Source: a virus | Taxonomy: Duplodnaviria > Caudoviricetes | DNA length: 64,000 nucleotides | Virus record (IMG/VR): IMGVR_UViG_3300032232_001064 | Coordinates: 1-64,000 of that record | Direction: 5' to 3' (one strand) | Part shown: one piece after another, positions 36,701 to 45,054 of the stretch | How the letters are laid out: each line of letters starts with the position of its first letter | Numbering within the stretch: position 1 is the first letter of the stretch | Position numbers and translations under genes: made by a program | The notes under the pieces: generated by a model | The model's input: the letters and a program-made list of their open reading frames with translations, nothing else | Database searches by the model: none | What the model was told of the DNA's origin: nothing

Positions 36701-37538
36701 CTTCAACACCAGCCGCATTGGCTGCGGCGGTTTCCTTTGCAAGATCCGAATTGCGATCCTTGGCTCGACGAAGGTTTAGATCGGCCTCTGCATACGCGAG
36801 TTCTGCCTCACGACGCGCTCTTGAGTTCGGCGGAAGATCTTGTACTCTTGCAAGCCGCTCACGAGCTTTCTCGAGTTCGATCGCTGCTTTCTTTTCGCTG
36901 ATCGCAGCGTCTTCAGCGTCAAAGTTGAGTTGTTGGAGACTTTCAGCAGCGCTCTTTCGCGCTTCAGTTAGCCGATCTTCAGCGTCCGCAAGGTTCTCAT
37001 CTGCCCGTGCGAGCGCCTCTCTATTCGATTCAAGAACTCTTGCTAGATTCTTTTCAGCTGTTTCAATTTGTTTTTGTTGATTAGCTCCACCGCCGCCGCT
37101 CTTTTGTTTTCCAAGCGCTTTTATTGCAGCGCCGACACCGCCAAAAGCAACCTTGGCGACAATTGCCGCCTGTGCTATTGAAGCTAGAACGCCTGGTATG
37201 ACAATAAGAGCAGGAATTGCCGCGCCTGCCTGGGCGACCAAAGCAACAAAACCAGATACCAAGCTCGAGATTCCACTGATAGCAACACTGATTGCTGGCC
37301 CGAGAAAGTACCCGGTGGTCACCATCTTAGAAAAGGCGTCGTTGGCTGCTAGAGCTTCTTTCTTAAAACTAGAAAGTCCGCCAGAACCCTGACTTAACCC
37401 TCGCGTAAAAGAACTACCAGCTTTATTGCCAGACTCAGCGAACTTCCCGTCCATGCCGCTAAGACTTTTGTCGACGCTGTCTTTAAAGCCTTTCGTCAAC
37501 GCACGGACGACAATAAACGCGTCACCGATTATCGCCAC
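33729..37538 (-). CDS. Tape measure protein (1269 aa)
   Basis: Long helical Ala/Gly/Lys-rich ORF after tail chaperones; aromatic periodic repeats; C-terminal 'FADGGIV...GEAGREAIIPL'. Confidence 0.92.
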   Translation of the reverse strand: MAIIGDAFIVVRALTKGFKDSVDKSLSGMDGKFAESGNKAGSSFTRGLSQGSGGLSSFKKEALAANDAFSKMVTTGYFLGPAISVAISGISSLVSGFVALVAQAGAAIPALIVIPGVLASIAQAAIVAKVAFGGVGAAIKALGKQKSGGGGANQQKQIETAEKNLARVLESNREALARADENLADAEDRLTEARKSAAESLQQLNFDAEDAAISEKKAAIELEKARERLARVQDLPPNSRARREAELAYAEADLNLRRAKDRNSDLAKETAAANAAGVEGSKEVVAATEAVEEATDAKARAERDALRSQVDAEEALADAKKGTAAAGGGADPLADLSKEAQDFVKYIVSIKGKFKELRAAAGKDLFPLLTQAMQTLVDKLFPVLVPMFQETGKAIGEVAVNLADVVTESSNLSELEEIGETNNVVIKDLGTAFGNLYDMMLSLLTAAGPLITEFSGWIATLTTGWKETLETKNKTGELRDMFMKAGDVAKQLGRIFRNIWEGLKDIGEAAAGPGSGGQLLMDSFEGATKKFSEFTDKLLKDGRLEKFFLDTSKNTEKLGSLATTVVKEFLKLGDNQSIGTFADKIKDVVPDVGTIIDTLTSGSPYLADFADQAVIFFKQFTETKSLEVFFGILTKALGVVNKVFGNESVQKVLLFAAGIMGGVKAFRLMSKAVGFVFRVIGGYILKAVKIVGFLIKAFEGIGMLFGGGAGIGLAVVAAIAAVVAILVMAYKKSEVFRKAIKDLVDVVWGALVDAFNEIKAVLDDVLSKFGGTEGAMKSLNSIFKTIGDVLGKYVVPIIKFGLLIVIDRLKAAIKFFIPIVAAVIKIFSAMWEVVQGIFSLFRGDMDGVKKHFSAAWRAIKDAFFLVWGAIKTFFIDIWNKISGAFSKVWEYIKKAFSAGKDFIVNAFVAVIDFFKNLPSKIGAAFADGFMWLRDKFIAVKNWLWARILDVIDFFTGLPGKIGAAFADGFMWLRDKFTEVKDWLWQRILDIIAFYRGLPSRLGEAFADGFMWLRTKFTAVKDWIALRITDVVNFFINLPGRIGSAFADGFSWIKTKMTEAKNWVSDRIGDIVGFVSGLTGRIATGFARGFYWIKDKMTEAKDWVSDRIDNIVNFVKGIPDRISKFASGLFDGIKNAAKSAFNAVASVWNNTVGKLSFHIPDWVPLIGGKGFDVPDIPLFADGGIVNKATLALIGEAGREAIIPLTNQARAMQIMKQSGLAEMVKNDPLNRDRSGGTIIHLNVYPSKGMDEAELAAMVSRQLAFQLRRGAA
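34180..34860 (-). repeat. 40-aa (120-nt) tandem repeats in tape measure
   Basis: Identical 20-mer cgtagccacatgaagccatc at 34501, 34621 and 34741; FADGFMWLR unit. Confidence 0.9.
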
Positions 37539-37589
37539 GTGTACTCGCCTCCTTGCGTTACGTCAAACAGAATTCTACAACGAATTAGA

Positions 37590-38036
37590 CTACCCTAGTG
37601 GAGCGTCAATTCCGGCGCCAAAAGGTAGTCTAGATGCGGTATTCGGTGTCGTTGCGGGGATAAAGCGTTTTGGAGGAATGGCAAATGCCTTGTCCTCCAT
37701 CTCGACAGGCACCGGCACGTCGCCGATGTCGTCGTCGTGGCTGAGTTCGTCGCCGATCTCTGACGGATCAAAACCTGAAGTAGACGCGCTCTTTCCATAG
37801 TCATAGTTGCGACCATACATTTCTTGATACAGAGTTGTACGGACGTTTTCTTTGACGTCCAAAGCTTCTTTAGTAGAAGACGACGTCACATCTTCTTCGA
37901 AAATGAAATGAATAACGTCAAGCATGTCGCTTAGAAGAAGTTCTGCTAGTCGAACATTTGACATTATCGCTTTGCCGTTAACATACGGCCAGAGGTCTAT
38001 TGCCCAGCGGGTGAGACCTCTGACCGTGTCGTAGGG
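37590..38036 (-). CDS. Tail assembly chaperone, post-frameshift (GT) part
   Basis: -1 frame open from just after a TGA at ~38040 through PYDTVRGLTRWAIDLWPYVNGKAI into the 37964 ORF; no good RBS at ATG 37964. Confidence 0.65.
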   Translation of the reverse strand, partial: PYDTVRGLTRWAIDLWPYVNGKAIMSNVRLAELLLSDMLDVIHFIFEEDVTSSSTKEALDVKENVRTTLYQEMYGRNYDYGKSASTSGFDPSEIGDELSHDDDIGDVPVPVEMEDKAFAIPPKRFIPATTPNTASRLPFGAGIDAPLG

Positions 38037-38350
38037 CGCTCACCGTACGTCTCCATCAACCATGACACGATCTCCATGAGCTGCTCGATCGTGACGATTC
38101 GATCGGGATCCATGCACAGTGTTGAAAAGCGAGCAGCACTCTCAGGAAGAAGAACAAAGTCAAAGAAATCAGTGATGACCTGCGCGTTTGCCGCGGCATC
38201 ATTTTCATCTGCAGACCGTGTAGCAAGGTCAAGCATGACCTTGCCCGGAATCTGCGCGCGGCACTGGAAGTCTTCGCCGTACAGCTTAAATGAAATTGCC
38301 TCACTGTTGTCAGCTGTTACAGGTGAGCCAAAGTCTCTAAACTTTGTCAT
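37997..38350 (-). CDS. Tail assembly chaperone (G)
   Basis: ATG 38350 after GGAG; ends ...YGERPTTRSEVSPAGQ*; position before tape measure. Confidence 0.75.
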   Translation of the reverse strand: MTKFRDFGSPVTADNSEAISFKLYGEDFQCRAQIPGKVMLDLATRSADENDAAANAQVITDFFDFVLLPESAARFSTLCMDPDRIVTIEQLMEIVSWLMETYGERPTTRSEVSPAGQ

Positions 38351-38459
38351 TTTCACATCTCCATGTGTGTCGTGGTATGTCGTGTAGACATCCGTCTGCT
38401 GGTAATTGTATACTGTCGTCTTCTTTGTAGTTGAAAAACTACACGTCACTCAGCGATGA

Positions 38460-38846
38460 CTATATTAGAGCCAGCGGCAGGTTATCTGTAAGATACTTGT
38501 TCCCGCGGGTGCCAGGGTGCATAACTACGTGAGTGTATACCATTCCACCGCGGCCACGAAACTTCAGCATGTGTGGCGGCTTTGAAACGATCACGTGTGG
38601 CTTTGTGCCTTCGTGCGCCATTAGTGCATAACTCAAAGGTGAGCCGACGCGGACTCCAGGTCCTATGGCGCTTCGATCAAAGTTCTTATTTATAGAAATC
38701 TTCAACGCGCCTGTTCTGGAGCCGGCCTGCGCCTTGGCCGCCATCATAACTTTATTCGCGCGAGATTCCATGTTGCGTCCGACCATACCTGATCTGCTAT
38801 TTAGCATATGATCAAGTTCTGCATAGCGCCAAACTATTACTGTCAC
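38460..38846 (-). CDS. HK97 gp10-like neck/tail-completion protein
   Basis: 'RTGALK.SI', 'YA..AHEGT.PH', 'V.HPGT.GN.YL'. Confidence 0.8.
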   Translation of the reverse strand: MTVIVWRYAELDHMLNSRSGMVGRNMESRANKVMMAAKAQAGSRTGALKISINKNFDRSAIGPGVRVGSPLSYALMAHEGTKPHVIVSKPPHMLKFRGRGGMVYTHVVMHPGTRGNKYLTDNLPLALI

Positions 38847-39355
38847 GGCACTGCCATCGTCAACTGCAACGTGACTAGTTGAAATCCACCTTCTGGAGGA
38901 GGAAGTTCCAGTGTCCCGATGGTTCCAATAGAAAAACCGAGTGACTCATCCCACATATCAAGTTCGTTGATTGACTGAAGCAAGATCCACGAGTCGATCG
39001 CACTGATCCGTGACGCGTCCTCGATAGCTGTTGCGGCAGGAGGACGACCGCCGGCGCCAACCGTGGGAATCTGTCTTGCAACAGTGATCAGCACAACAAC
39101 TGTGCGTGGCATGTTGCATTTTTGCGGCATCGACTCCTGTGACCCAGGTGGACCAAGATACCCCTGCACAAGCGTCACCGTGAGTTGCTCGCAGTCAATC
39201 GCGGACTGTCCTGTTGCCCAATAACGTCGTGACGGCAGCGGCATCGAATACGACGCGTACGTGTTTATCACGCGCTCGAGGATACCGTCCATCATGTCGG
39301 CGATGTTCATTGCGTCGGGTGAGACGCCTGAGATGTCGATGAGCGCCACGATCAC
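38843..39355 (-). CDS. Tail terminator/head-tail connector
   Basis: Position; 'DCEQL.V', 'R..P' pattern of actinophage neck proteins. Confidence 0.65.
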   Translation of the reverse strand: MIVALIDISGVSPDAMNIADMMDGILERVINTYASYSMPLPSRRYWATGQSAIDCEQLTVTLVQGYLGPPGSQESMPQKCNMPRTVVVLITVARQIPTVGAGGRPPAATAIEDASRISAIDSWILLQSINELDMWDESLGFSIGTIGTLELPPPEGGFQLVTLQLTMAVP

Positions 39356-40728
39356 ACCACCGAGTACGCGTTGATTGCCGAACCAGACAGCGCCACGCGG
39401 AGGTTTCCAGAGCAGACGTAAGTGTAGTCTTGGCCACCTGAAATGTTCGGTCGGACAGCGTAAAGATCCCAGGTACCTGGGTCGATCATGCCGAGCACGG
39501 CAAGTGTCTCGCTATAGCCGATCGTGATCGCGATTCTGTTATCGCTACTTGTCGAAGTCACGGTTCCAGATGCGGACGTTTCTGCGACATTGGCTGCAGT
39601 TTTTTGGTACTGAACAGTTGTTGGAGAAGGCACATTGTGAACCACGTATGAACCGTTGAATGTCGCATCGACGCCAGCGACAGTTATCTGCACTCCCGGA
39701 TACAGCCCGTGCGCCGTTGACGTTGTGAGAATTGCCATGTTGCTGGTCAACTCTTTGCGTGCAACAGTCGATGAGGACGTTGTCGGGTCGCTGATGATAG
39801 CGGCCGCGGCTGCTAAAACCGCTGTCGTGGTTTCAGAGTAGTTATTGATGCGGACCTCAGGAGTCCATCCGCTACCGTCTATGAAGAATGATGCGTTGAT
39901 GTCAGACAACGCAACGTCAATTCCACCTGTTCCGCTTGTTGCAGCTGTGACATTGATATCGAGGTCGCTCGTTGCGAGCTTTCGATCCTTAGGAGTGTTC
40001 CGTCGTGCGCGAGGAACGTCAGGAGAAAATACCCGGGCCTTTGCTCGCGCCTTGTCGGGATTTACTGACTTAAGAAACATGTCGACAACGTACAGACCAG
40101 TGCGAAGGTCTTCGACAAAGTCCTGTGAATCGAGCAGCGTGTATGAGACACCCTGTCGAGCGATTGATGTAACGCGTTGCGGAAGTTCGCAGACATCACC
40201 TGACCACAACTTAGCGAACTCGATCGCAAGCGTGCGTGCGGCCATCTTTCCAAGTGTCGGCGGTTCAATGCCGTACGAGTATGTGATCTCAATGTTGCAC
40301 GGGGTCCACGGAACGCCGACCGCCGCCTGCATCGTCGAGTGGTCGACAAGATAATACTTATTCGGACTGATGATCTTGCCGGACCGGTCGCGCACTGTGT
40401 GAATCTTAGTCACAGGCCGTCCACGCAGTCGAATTCGCGACGATGACGTTGTGCCATCGGCAGTTATGCCTTCATAGAAGTCGAGGTTGTCGCTGTAGAA
40501 GTTAGCGACGTCTCCGTCAACAAGCACGGCCTGGGTATTATTGGTCGACGGGCCATAGCGATACACGCGACCGGCGCAGATATAGCGCTCAGTGACAGTG
40601 GTGATGCCGCTGTACTTGCGACCGGACAGCGCCCACATAAGGTTCGACGCAGCTTTTGCCGCCTCGTATGAAAATTCGGTTTCTGCGTACGCCCCGAGTT
40701 CCTCAGGAGTGACCCACAGGTTCGACAT
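39352..40728 (-). CDS. Head-to-tail adaptor with C-terminal extension
   Basis: 'AS..MWALSGR.Y', 'LP.RVTS..RQGVS', 'RTGL..VD.FL..VNP' plus appended beta module. Confidence 0.75.
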   Translation of the reverse strand: MSNLWVTPEELGAYAETEFSYEAAKAASNLMWALSGRKYSGITTVTERYICAGRVYRYGPSTNNTQAVLVDGDVANFYSDNLDFYEGITADGTTSSSRIRLRGRPVTKIHTVRDRSGKIISPNKYYLVDHSTMQAAVGVPWTPCNIEITYSYGIEPPTLGKMAARTLAIEFAKLWSGDVCELPQRVTSIARQGVSYTLLDSQDFVEDLRTGLYVVDMFLKSVNPDKARAKARVFSPDVPRARRNTPKDRKLATSDLDINVTAATSGTGGIDVALSDINASFFIDGSGWTPEVRINNYSETTTAVLAAAAAIISDPTTSSSTVARKELTSNMAILTTSTAHGLYPGVQITVAGVDATFNGSYVVHNVPSPTTVQYQKTAANVAETSASGTVTSTSSDNRIAITIGYSETLAVLGMIDPGTWDLYAVRPNISGGQDYTYVCSGNLRVALSGSAINAYSVV

Positions 40729-40758
40729 CTTTCCTCGTCTTTCTCAGTGCAGACTGAA

Positions 40759-40797
40759 ACGGCGCGTCCTATGTATTCTATACACAGAACGCGCCGT
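40759..40797 (-). terminator. Hairpin after major tail gene
   Basis: acggcgcgt/acgcgccgt 9-bp arms with inner tgtat/ataca stem. Confidence 0.5.
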
Positions 40798-40815
40798 CTA
40801 CAGTTAGGTGCTTGA

Positions 40816-41874
40816 TTAGACTGTCGGATCGAGCGCCGATGCGATGATGAAGTCGATCGGCAGATCAGCGTTGTAGTTGACGTTACCAGGCGTGTTGTAC
40901 GCTGTGGTCGAAATTTGCGTAGCAGCAGCGAAGTCATTGACGTCGCGGCTACCGGCCGTGCAAGTCGCCGTACCAGTGGCGGCACCGGCAGCGATTGTGC
41001 CGGTTGCTGCTGTGTTGTACGTGAACGTTGTCGTTGTCGGTGCGGCGACAATCGTGAACGTGCCGTTCAACGGAGCAAACGTCGTGGTAAGTCCGGAAAC
41101 CACAACAGTGTCGCCAGCCACGAAGCCGTGGGCAGCTGCCGTCGTGATTGTGGCGAGCGTACCTGTACGACCGGCGTTGTTGATCGTCGCAATGATGTCC
41201 GGGTGCCAGGTGTAGAAGCCCTTGCGACCGGTGGGAGCCCAGCTTGCACGAGCGTACGAGTACGGACGCTCCACTGCTGTCGGGAATTCCCAGCGATCAT
41301 CGAGGCCGTTGGCAAACGCGGTATTTCCAAGAGCGTAGCCTTCGAATGTTGTGGCGATCATGCCGTTTTCGATCACACGGTCACCGGACAGGCGGAGGCG
41401 GCAGTACGGGAACACCCAGTAGAAGTAGGGGTTGCTTGCCGCGCGCTTGCCGCTCGCTACCGCGAACGACCACACCTCAATCGCAACACCGAGACCAGCC
41501 GGGTCGTCGCCTACGGCAGGAGATGCCCAGCCGATGCTCTTGCGGTTGGGAACGGAGAACGTTCCGTAGTTCTTACGAAGTAGCAGACCACCAGAGATAA
41601 GGTTGGTAAGCTCGGGATCGGGTTCGCAGATGGCGAGTTCCATGGTCACGCGCTTCAGCGTGTCAGGCGACTGATACGAAACGCAGATTGTGCCGTTAGC
41701 GGACTTCTCTACGATTTCATCGCCTTGTTCGTACTCAGGCGTAAACGACAGACGCATGAACGCGCTGGTCGTGTAGCTATCGCCATCGTTGTTCAGCAAG
41801 TTACCAGCGGCATCAAGACGCGTGACGCGAATTGATACGCCCTGAATACTCGCGGCATAGTCTTGAGTTGCCAT
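40816..41874 (-). CDS. Major tail (tube) protein with appended beta module
   Basis: 'R.TRLD..G', 'E..G.EI..K.A.G..C', 'Y.YWVFP' pattern of actinophage tube proteins. Confidence 0.8.
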   Translation of the reverse strand: MATQDYAASIQGVSIRVTRLDAAGNLLNNDGDSYTTSAFMRLSFTPEYEQGDEIVEKSANGTICVSYQSPDTLKRVTMELAICEPDPELTNLISGGLLLRKNYGTFSVPNRKSIGWASPAVGDDPAGLGVAIEVWSFAVASGKRAASNPYFYWVFPYCRLRLSGDRVIENGMIATTFEGYALGNTAFANGLDDRWEFPTAVERPYSYARASWAPTGRKGFYTWHPDIIATINNAGRTGTLATITTAAAHGFVAGDTVVVSGLTTTFAPLNGTFTIVAAPTTTTFTYNTAATGTIAAGAATGTATCTAGSRDVNDFAAATQISTTAYNTPGNVNYNADLPIDFIIASALDPTV

Positions 41875-41898
41875 CTGATTCTCCTCAGTAAAGGTGTG

Positions 41899-42993
41899 TT
41901 ACGCAGTCAAGTTGACTTTGACAGCGAGGTGGATCGAAGGATCGAAGTACGCCGCGGCTGGCCGCATCGCCTTGATCTTCATGTCGTTCTTGTTACCTGA
42001 TACATCATATCCCTGTGCCAGACTGTCGTTTGTGACGGTGATCTCGCCCAGGAATGCGTGTACAGCTCCTGTTGCGTAGATCCACTTTGCCGTGTCGCTA
42101 CCTTGCATCTGCGCTGTCGCGTAGCCGGTAGGCGCAGTTGCTGTGAAGTTAGACGTGGTCTTGGCAAATGTAAACGTCGTGCTGTTTACAACTGTCACAG
42201 TGTAGATACCACCAAAGTCGACTGCACCGACAATAGCGTCGATGTCGACCGATTCGCCGGTAACTAGGTAGTGCGGCGTCGCGGTCACGACCGTAACCAG
42301 GTTTCCACCTGATACAGCGACTGTAGAGATATTTGTGTGCGGGCCGTCACCGGTATAGCCGGAGCCGATAACACACGGCGTGCCTGTTGCGGTTTGAATG
42401 TGCTCTTTACCCTCACTATGGATAAACACACCGCTGTTTGTAGCGATCAAAAAGAAAGCGTCACGGGTGAGGTGAATCACTCCGTGCTCGCCTGCAGGCG
42501 ACATTTCGCCGGCGTAGTGCTCAAGAAGCGACATCGCGCGGGTCGGCGAAAACGCGGCACCTGCACCGATAACTGTGACTGTCGACTTCGATAGATAGAC
42601 GTTAGGAAGCGACTTCGCGAGAATGATCTCGCCGTTCCAGAGTTCGTATTCGAGCGCCTTCTGAGTACAACCCTCAAGTTGTTTTGTGACGCGGTCGAAG
42701 CGATCTTCACCAGGAATATCAAATGTCGAACGCTGATCTTCTACTTCAATAAAGATAGGCTCGACGCGCTCGTAAATTGCCACGCCGGGGTTTGAAGAAA
42801 TGACGAATGACACATTCGAGGTTTCGTCCCAGTTGCGGACGTAGTTCGGTCGTGTGAGGTATTCTTGCGAAAACCCACGAACCCAGCGGTTGCCTGTGTC
42901 GCTGTCGTCAGTAAGTGTAGGCTTGGCATAGGCAAATAGGCCAAATTCAGTGGGCTCAATTTTCGGAGCTTTTTGGATTCCATTGAATGCCAT
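41899..42993 (-). CDS. Minor capsid/head-decoration-type protein with inserted beta module
   Basis: Follows major capsid; 'E..LW.G', 'G.IH', 'TA.GTP.V.GSGY' pattern. Confidence 0.6.
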   Translation of the reverse strand: MAFNGIQKAPKIEPTEFGLFAYAKPTLTDDSDTGNRWVRGFSQEYLTRPNYVRNWDETSNVSFVISSNPGVAIYERVEPIFIEVEDQRSTFDIPGEDRFDRVTKQLEGCTQKALEYELWNGEIILAKSLPNVYLSKSTVTVIGAGAAFSPTRAMSLLEHYAGEMSPAGEHGVIHLTRDAFFLIATNSGVFIHSEGKEHIQTATGTPCVIGSGYTGDGPHTNISTVAVSGGNLVTVVTATPHYLVTGESVDIDAIVGAVDFGGIYTVTVVNSTTFTFAKTTSNFTATAPTGYATAQMQGSDTAKWIYATGAVHAFLGEITVTNDSLAQGYDVSGNKNDMKIKAMRPAAAYFDPSIHLAVKVNLTA

Positions 42994-43036
42994 GATCCCT
43001 GGTCCTTACTTATTCGTTCGAGTAACAAATTCGTCT

Positions 43037-43068
43037 TGGGGAGGTGCCCCTTGCGGAGCACCTCCCCA
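43037..43068 (-). terminator. GC-rich hairpin with GCAA tetraloop after major capsid gene
   Basis: Minus strand ggggaggtgctcc-GCAA-ggggcacctcccc; no U-tract. Confidence 0.6.
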
Positions 43069-43088
43069 GCGACGATAGTTGCTTTGGA

Positions 43089-44930
43089 TCAGTACTCGAT
43101 CGCGGCGGCTGTGGCGCCACCAGTGGTGTCACGGAGGGCGGCAGCCACACCGTTGACGCTCACTGTCGAGGTGATCTTCAGGGACTCGACGCCGACCTTG
43201 GCGACACCTTCGAAGGTCTCAACGAACATGCGGTAGTCGTTGGTTCCGAGGAGGGTAGAGTCGCGGACGATGCCCAGGTCGAGAGTACCGCCGTCGAGGA
43301 ACAGGAACGTGCCCTCGGCGAAGATGTACCAGTCGAACGAGTCCGGGAACTCGAGCATCGCGCCAGCGCTCTGTGCACCGAACACTGTCATGTCAGGCGA
43401 CCAAGTGATGTCCACGCCGCGAACCGCGAGGTAGCCCTCGATCTCCGCGTCGGTCGCCGCGATGCTATTGTCACCGGGCATCGCGAGCGCGAGGTCAGCA
43501 CGCATGGCGTTCTTTACCCAGGCGGGAGCGACTACGGTGAGCTGCATGTTGGGATCGAGACGGTGACGGCTGCGGTACGCAGCAGCTGCACGGCCGATCT
43601 GCACGAGGTAGTCGCGAGCAACGCCGATGAGGCTCGTCGACGTCACAGCTGTCGAGCCAGCGTCGAGCTTCGACACTAGATACTGCTCAGCTTCGCGAGC
43701 GTGCTGGATAAGAGCAAGCTCGTTGTGACGGGCGATGAGTTCCGGGTACGCACGTGTCATGAGGTTGCCGAACTTGAGCTGTAGGGTCACAGCGTCGGTC
43801 GCGACAGTGGTCTCAGTAGCAGCCGAGACGCTGAGGCTGTTCTTCACGGTGGTGCCGGGGCTGGTATCAACCACGTTCGTCCACACGCCGATGGCCGAGT
43901 CGTAGTCGCTGAGCACGGGCGGGACGATGTAGCGGATACCGCCACGGTCGGCCTGGAAGCGGGGAAGCGAGTCGCGGATCGGACGCTCGTTCGTACCGAA
44001 ACCGAAGATGTCGTACTTGACCTCGAACGGTGTGCTGTGGCCACCTGAAGCGACTAGGGCCTCGGGGCTAGCAACTGCCTTGATCTTGCTGACGTTGGTG
44101 TCGGTGTCTTGGTTGAGGATCCGGGCTTCCGGATACTTGGTCGTGAGTGACGCCACGATGTGCTGTTCGCCGTCGCCGCCCTTTACACGGCGAAGACCGT
44201 GTAGACGTGCGGCCATGGCCTCGGCGACTTCAGTGGCTGAGCTCATCTGCGAGCCGGCGGTGTATCCAGGAATGTCAGCGCCTGCGGTGATGACCACCGG
44301 AGCCGTTGCCTTCTGGATCGGACGACGGTCAGCAGGAGCCTGGATCTCTACTTCGAGAGCTCCGTCTTCGGCTGCGGCAGTCATTGGTGCCTCCTGATCT
44401 TTCTGCTCTTCCTGAGCTACTTCAGTGTTGGTGAGTTCGGCCACTTCGGCCACTTCGACAGCAGCTTCCGCTACGGCCGGTGTTTCTGTACTTGCTACTT
44501 CTTCGGTCGAAAGCTCAGATGCTTCCACAGTCTCAGTTGACGCCATAGCAGGAGCAGCCGGAGCTGTCTTCTTCTCCTCTTCCTCTGACGCAGGAGTCTC
44601 AGCGGCGGGCATCTCTTCAGCTGCCGGCTTCTCCTCTTCGCCTTCGCCTTCGTAGGCTTCAGGCATATCTTCCTCGACGGCTGCATGTACACGGCTGGCT
44701 GCCTCGGCTGCACGAGCTGTAAGCTCCTGAGCCTGGGCCTCGCGACGCTTTGCCTCGCCGCGCACCGTGTCAAGCATGTCGGCAAGAGTCGTCATGGTCT
44801 CAACTGTTTCTGGGGTAGGATCTTCGCCCTCGACCGTATCGAACTCGGTCACAATCGCGGTTTGCAGCTCGACGATTTGGTCGTCGGTCAGCGTGTCAAT
44901 CGTGTCGAGCATCTGCTTGATACGGTCCAC
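43089..44930 (-). CDS. Major capsid protein with N-terminal scaffold (delta) region
   Basis: Coiled-coil/acidic N-terminal ~190 aa then capsid-like domain ('LVASGG', 'RDSLPRFQADRGG', 'LDLGIVRDSTL..TNDY..F.ETFEG'); strong SD AGGAGG. Confidence 0.88.
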   Translation of the reverse strand: MDRIKQMLDTIDTLTDDQIVELQTAIVTEFDTVEGEDPTPETVETMTTLADMLDTVRGEAKRREAQAQELTARAAEAASRVHAAVEEDMPEAYEGEGEEEKPAAEEMPAAETPASEEEEKKTAPAAPAMASTETVEASELSTEEVASTETPAVAEAAVEVAEVAELTNTEVAQEEQKDQEAPMTAAAEDGALEVEIQAPADRRPIQKATAPVVITAGADIPGYTAGSQMSSATEVAEAMAARLHGLRRVKGGDGEQHIVASLTTKYPEARILNQDTDTNVSKIKAVASPEALVASGGHSTPFEVKYDIFGFGTNERPIRDSLPRFQADRGGIRYIVPPVLSDYDSAIGVWTNVVDTSPGTTVKNSLSVSAATETTVATDAVTLQLKFGNLMTRAYPELIARHNELALIQHAREAEQYLVSKLDAGSTAVTSTSLIGVARDYLVQIGRAAAAYRSRHRLDPNMQLTVVAPAWVKNAMRADLALAMPGDNSIAATDAEIEGYLAVRGVDITWSPDMTVFGAQSAGAMLEFPDSFDWYIFAEGTFLFLDGGTLDLGIVRDSTLLGTNDYRMFVETFEGVAKVGVESLKITSTVSVNGVAAALRDTTGGATAAAIEY

Positions 44931-45000
44931 TGTCCCTCCTCCGGGCCAGTCAGGACAGCGCAGGTTTGCGCTGTCTCGGGGTTCTGTCCAAGGGAGGGAC
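44931..45000 (-). promoter_or_regulatory. Structured 5' leader of capsid mRNA with anti-Shine-Dalgarno
   Basis: mRNA GUCCCUCC (45000-44993) complementary to GGAGGGAC SD (44939-44932); internal 9-bp hairpin 44954-44975. Confidence 0.5.
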
Positions 45001-45039
45001 TCTCATACACTGACGCATGGAGGCACTCACCTGTTGAAT

Positions 45040-45048
45040 ACAATAACA
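45040..45048 (-). promoter_or_regulatory. Extended -10 promoter candidate (TGTTATTGT)
   Basis: About 110 nt upstream of capsid start, upstream of the structured leader. Confidence 0.35.
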
Positions 45049-45054
45049 TAAGTT

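Noticed and set aside
42973-44655. Long + strand ORFs antisense to the capsid gene
   Set aside because: No RBS or recognisable motifs; typical of strongly biased, highly expressed GC-rich genes.
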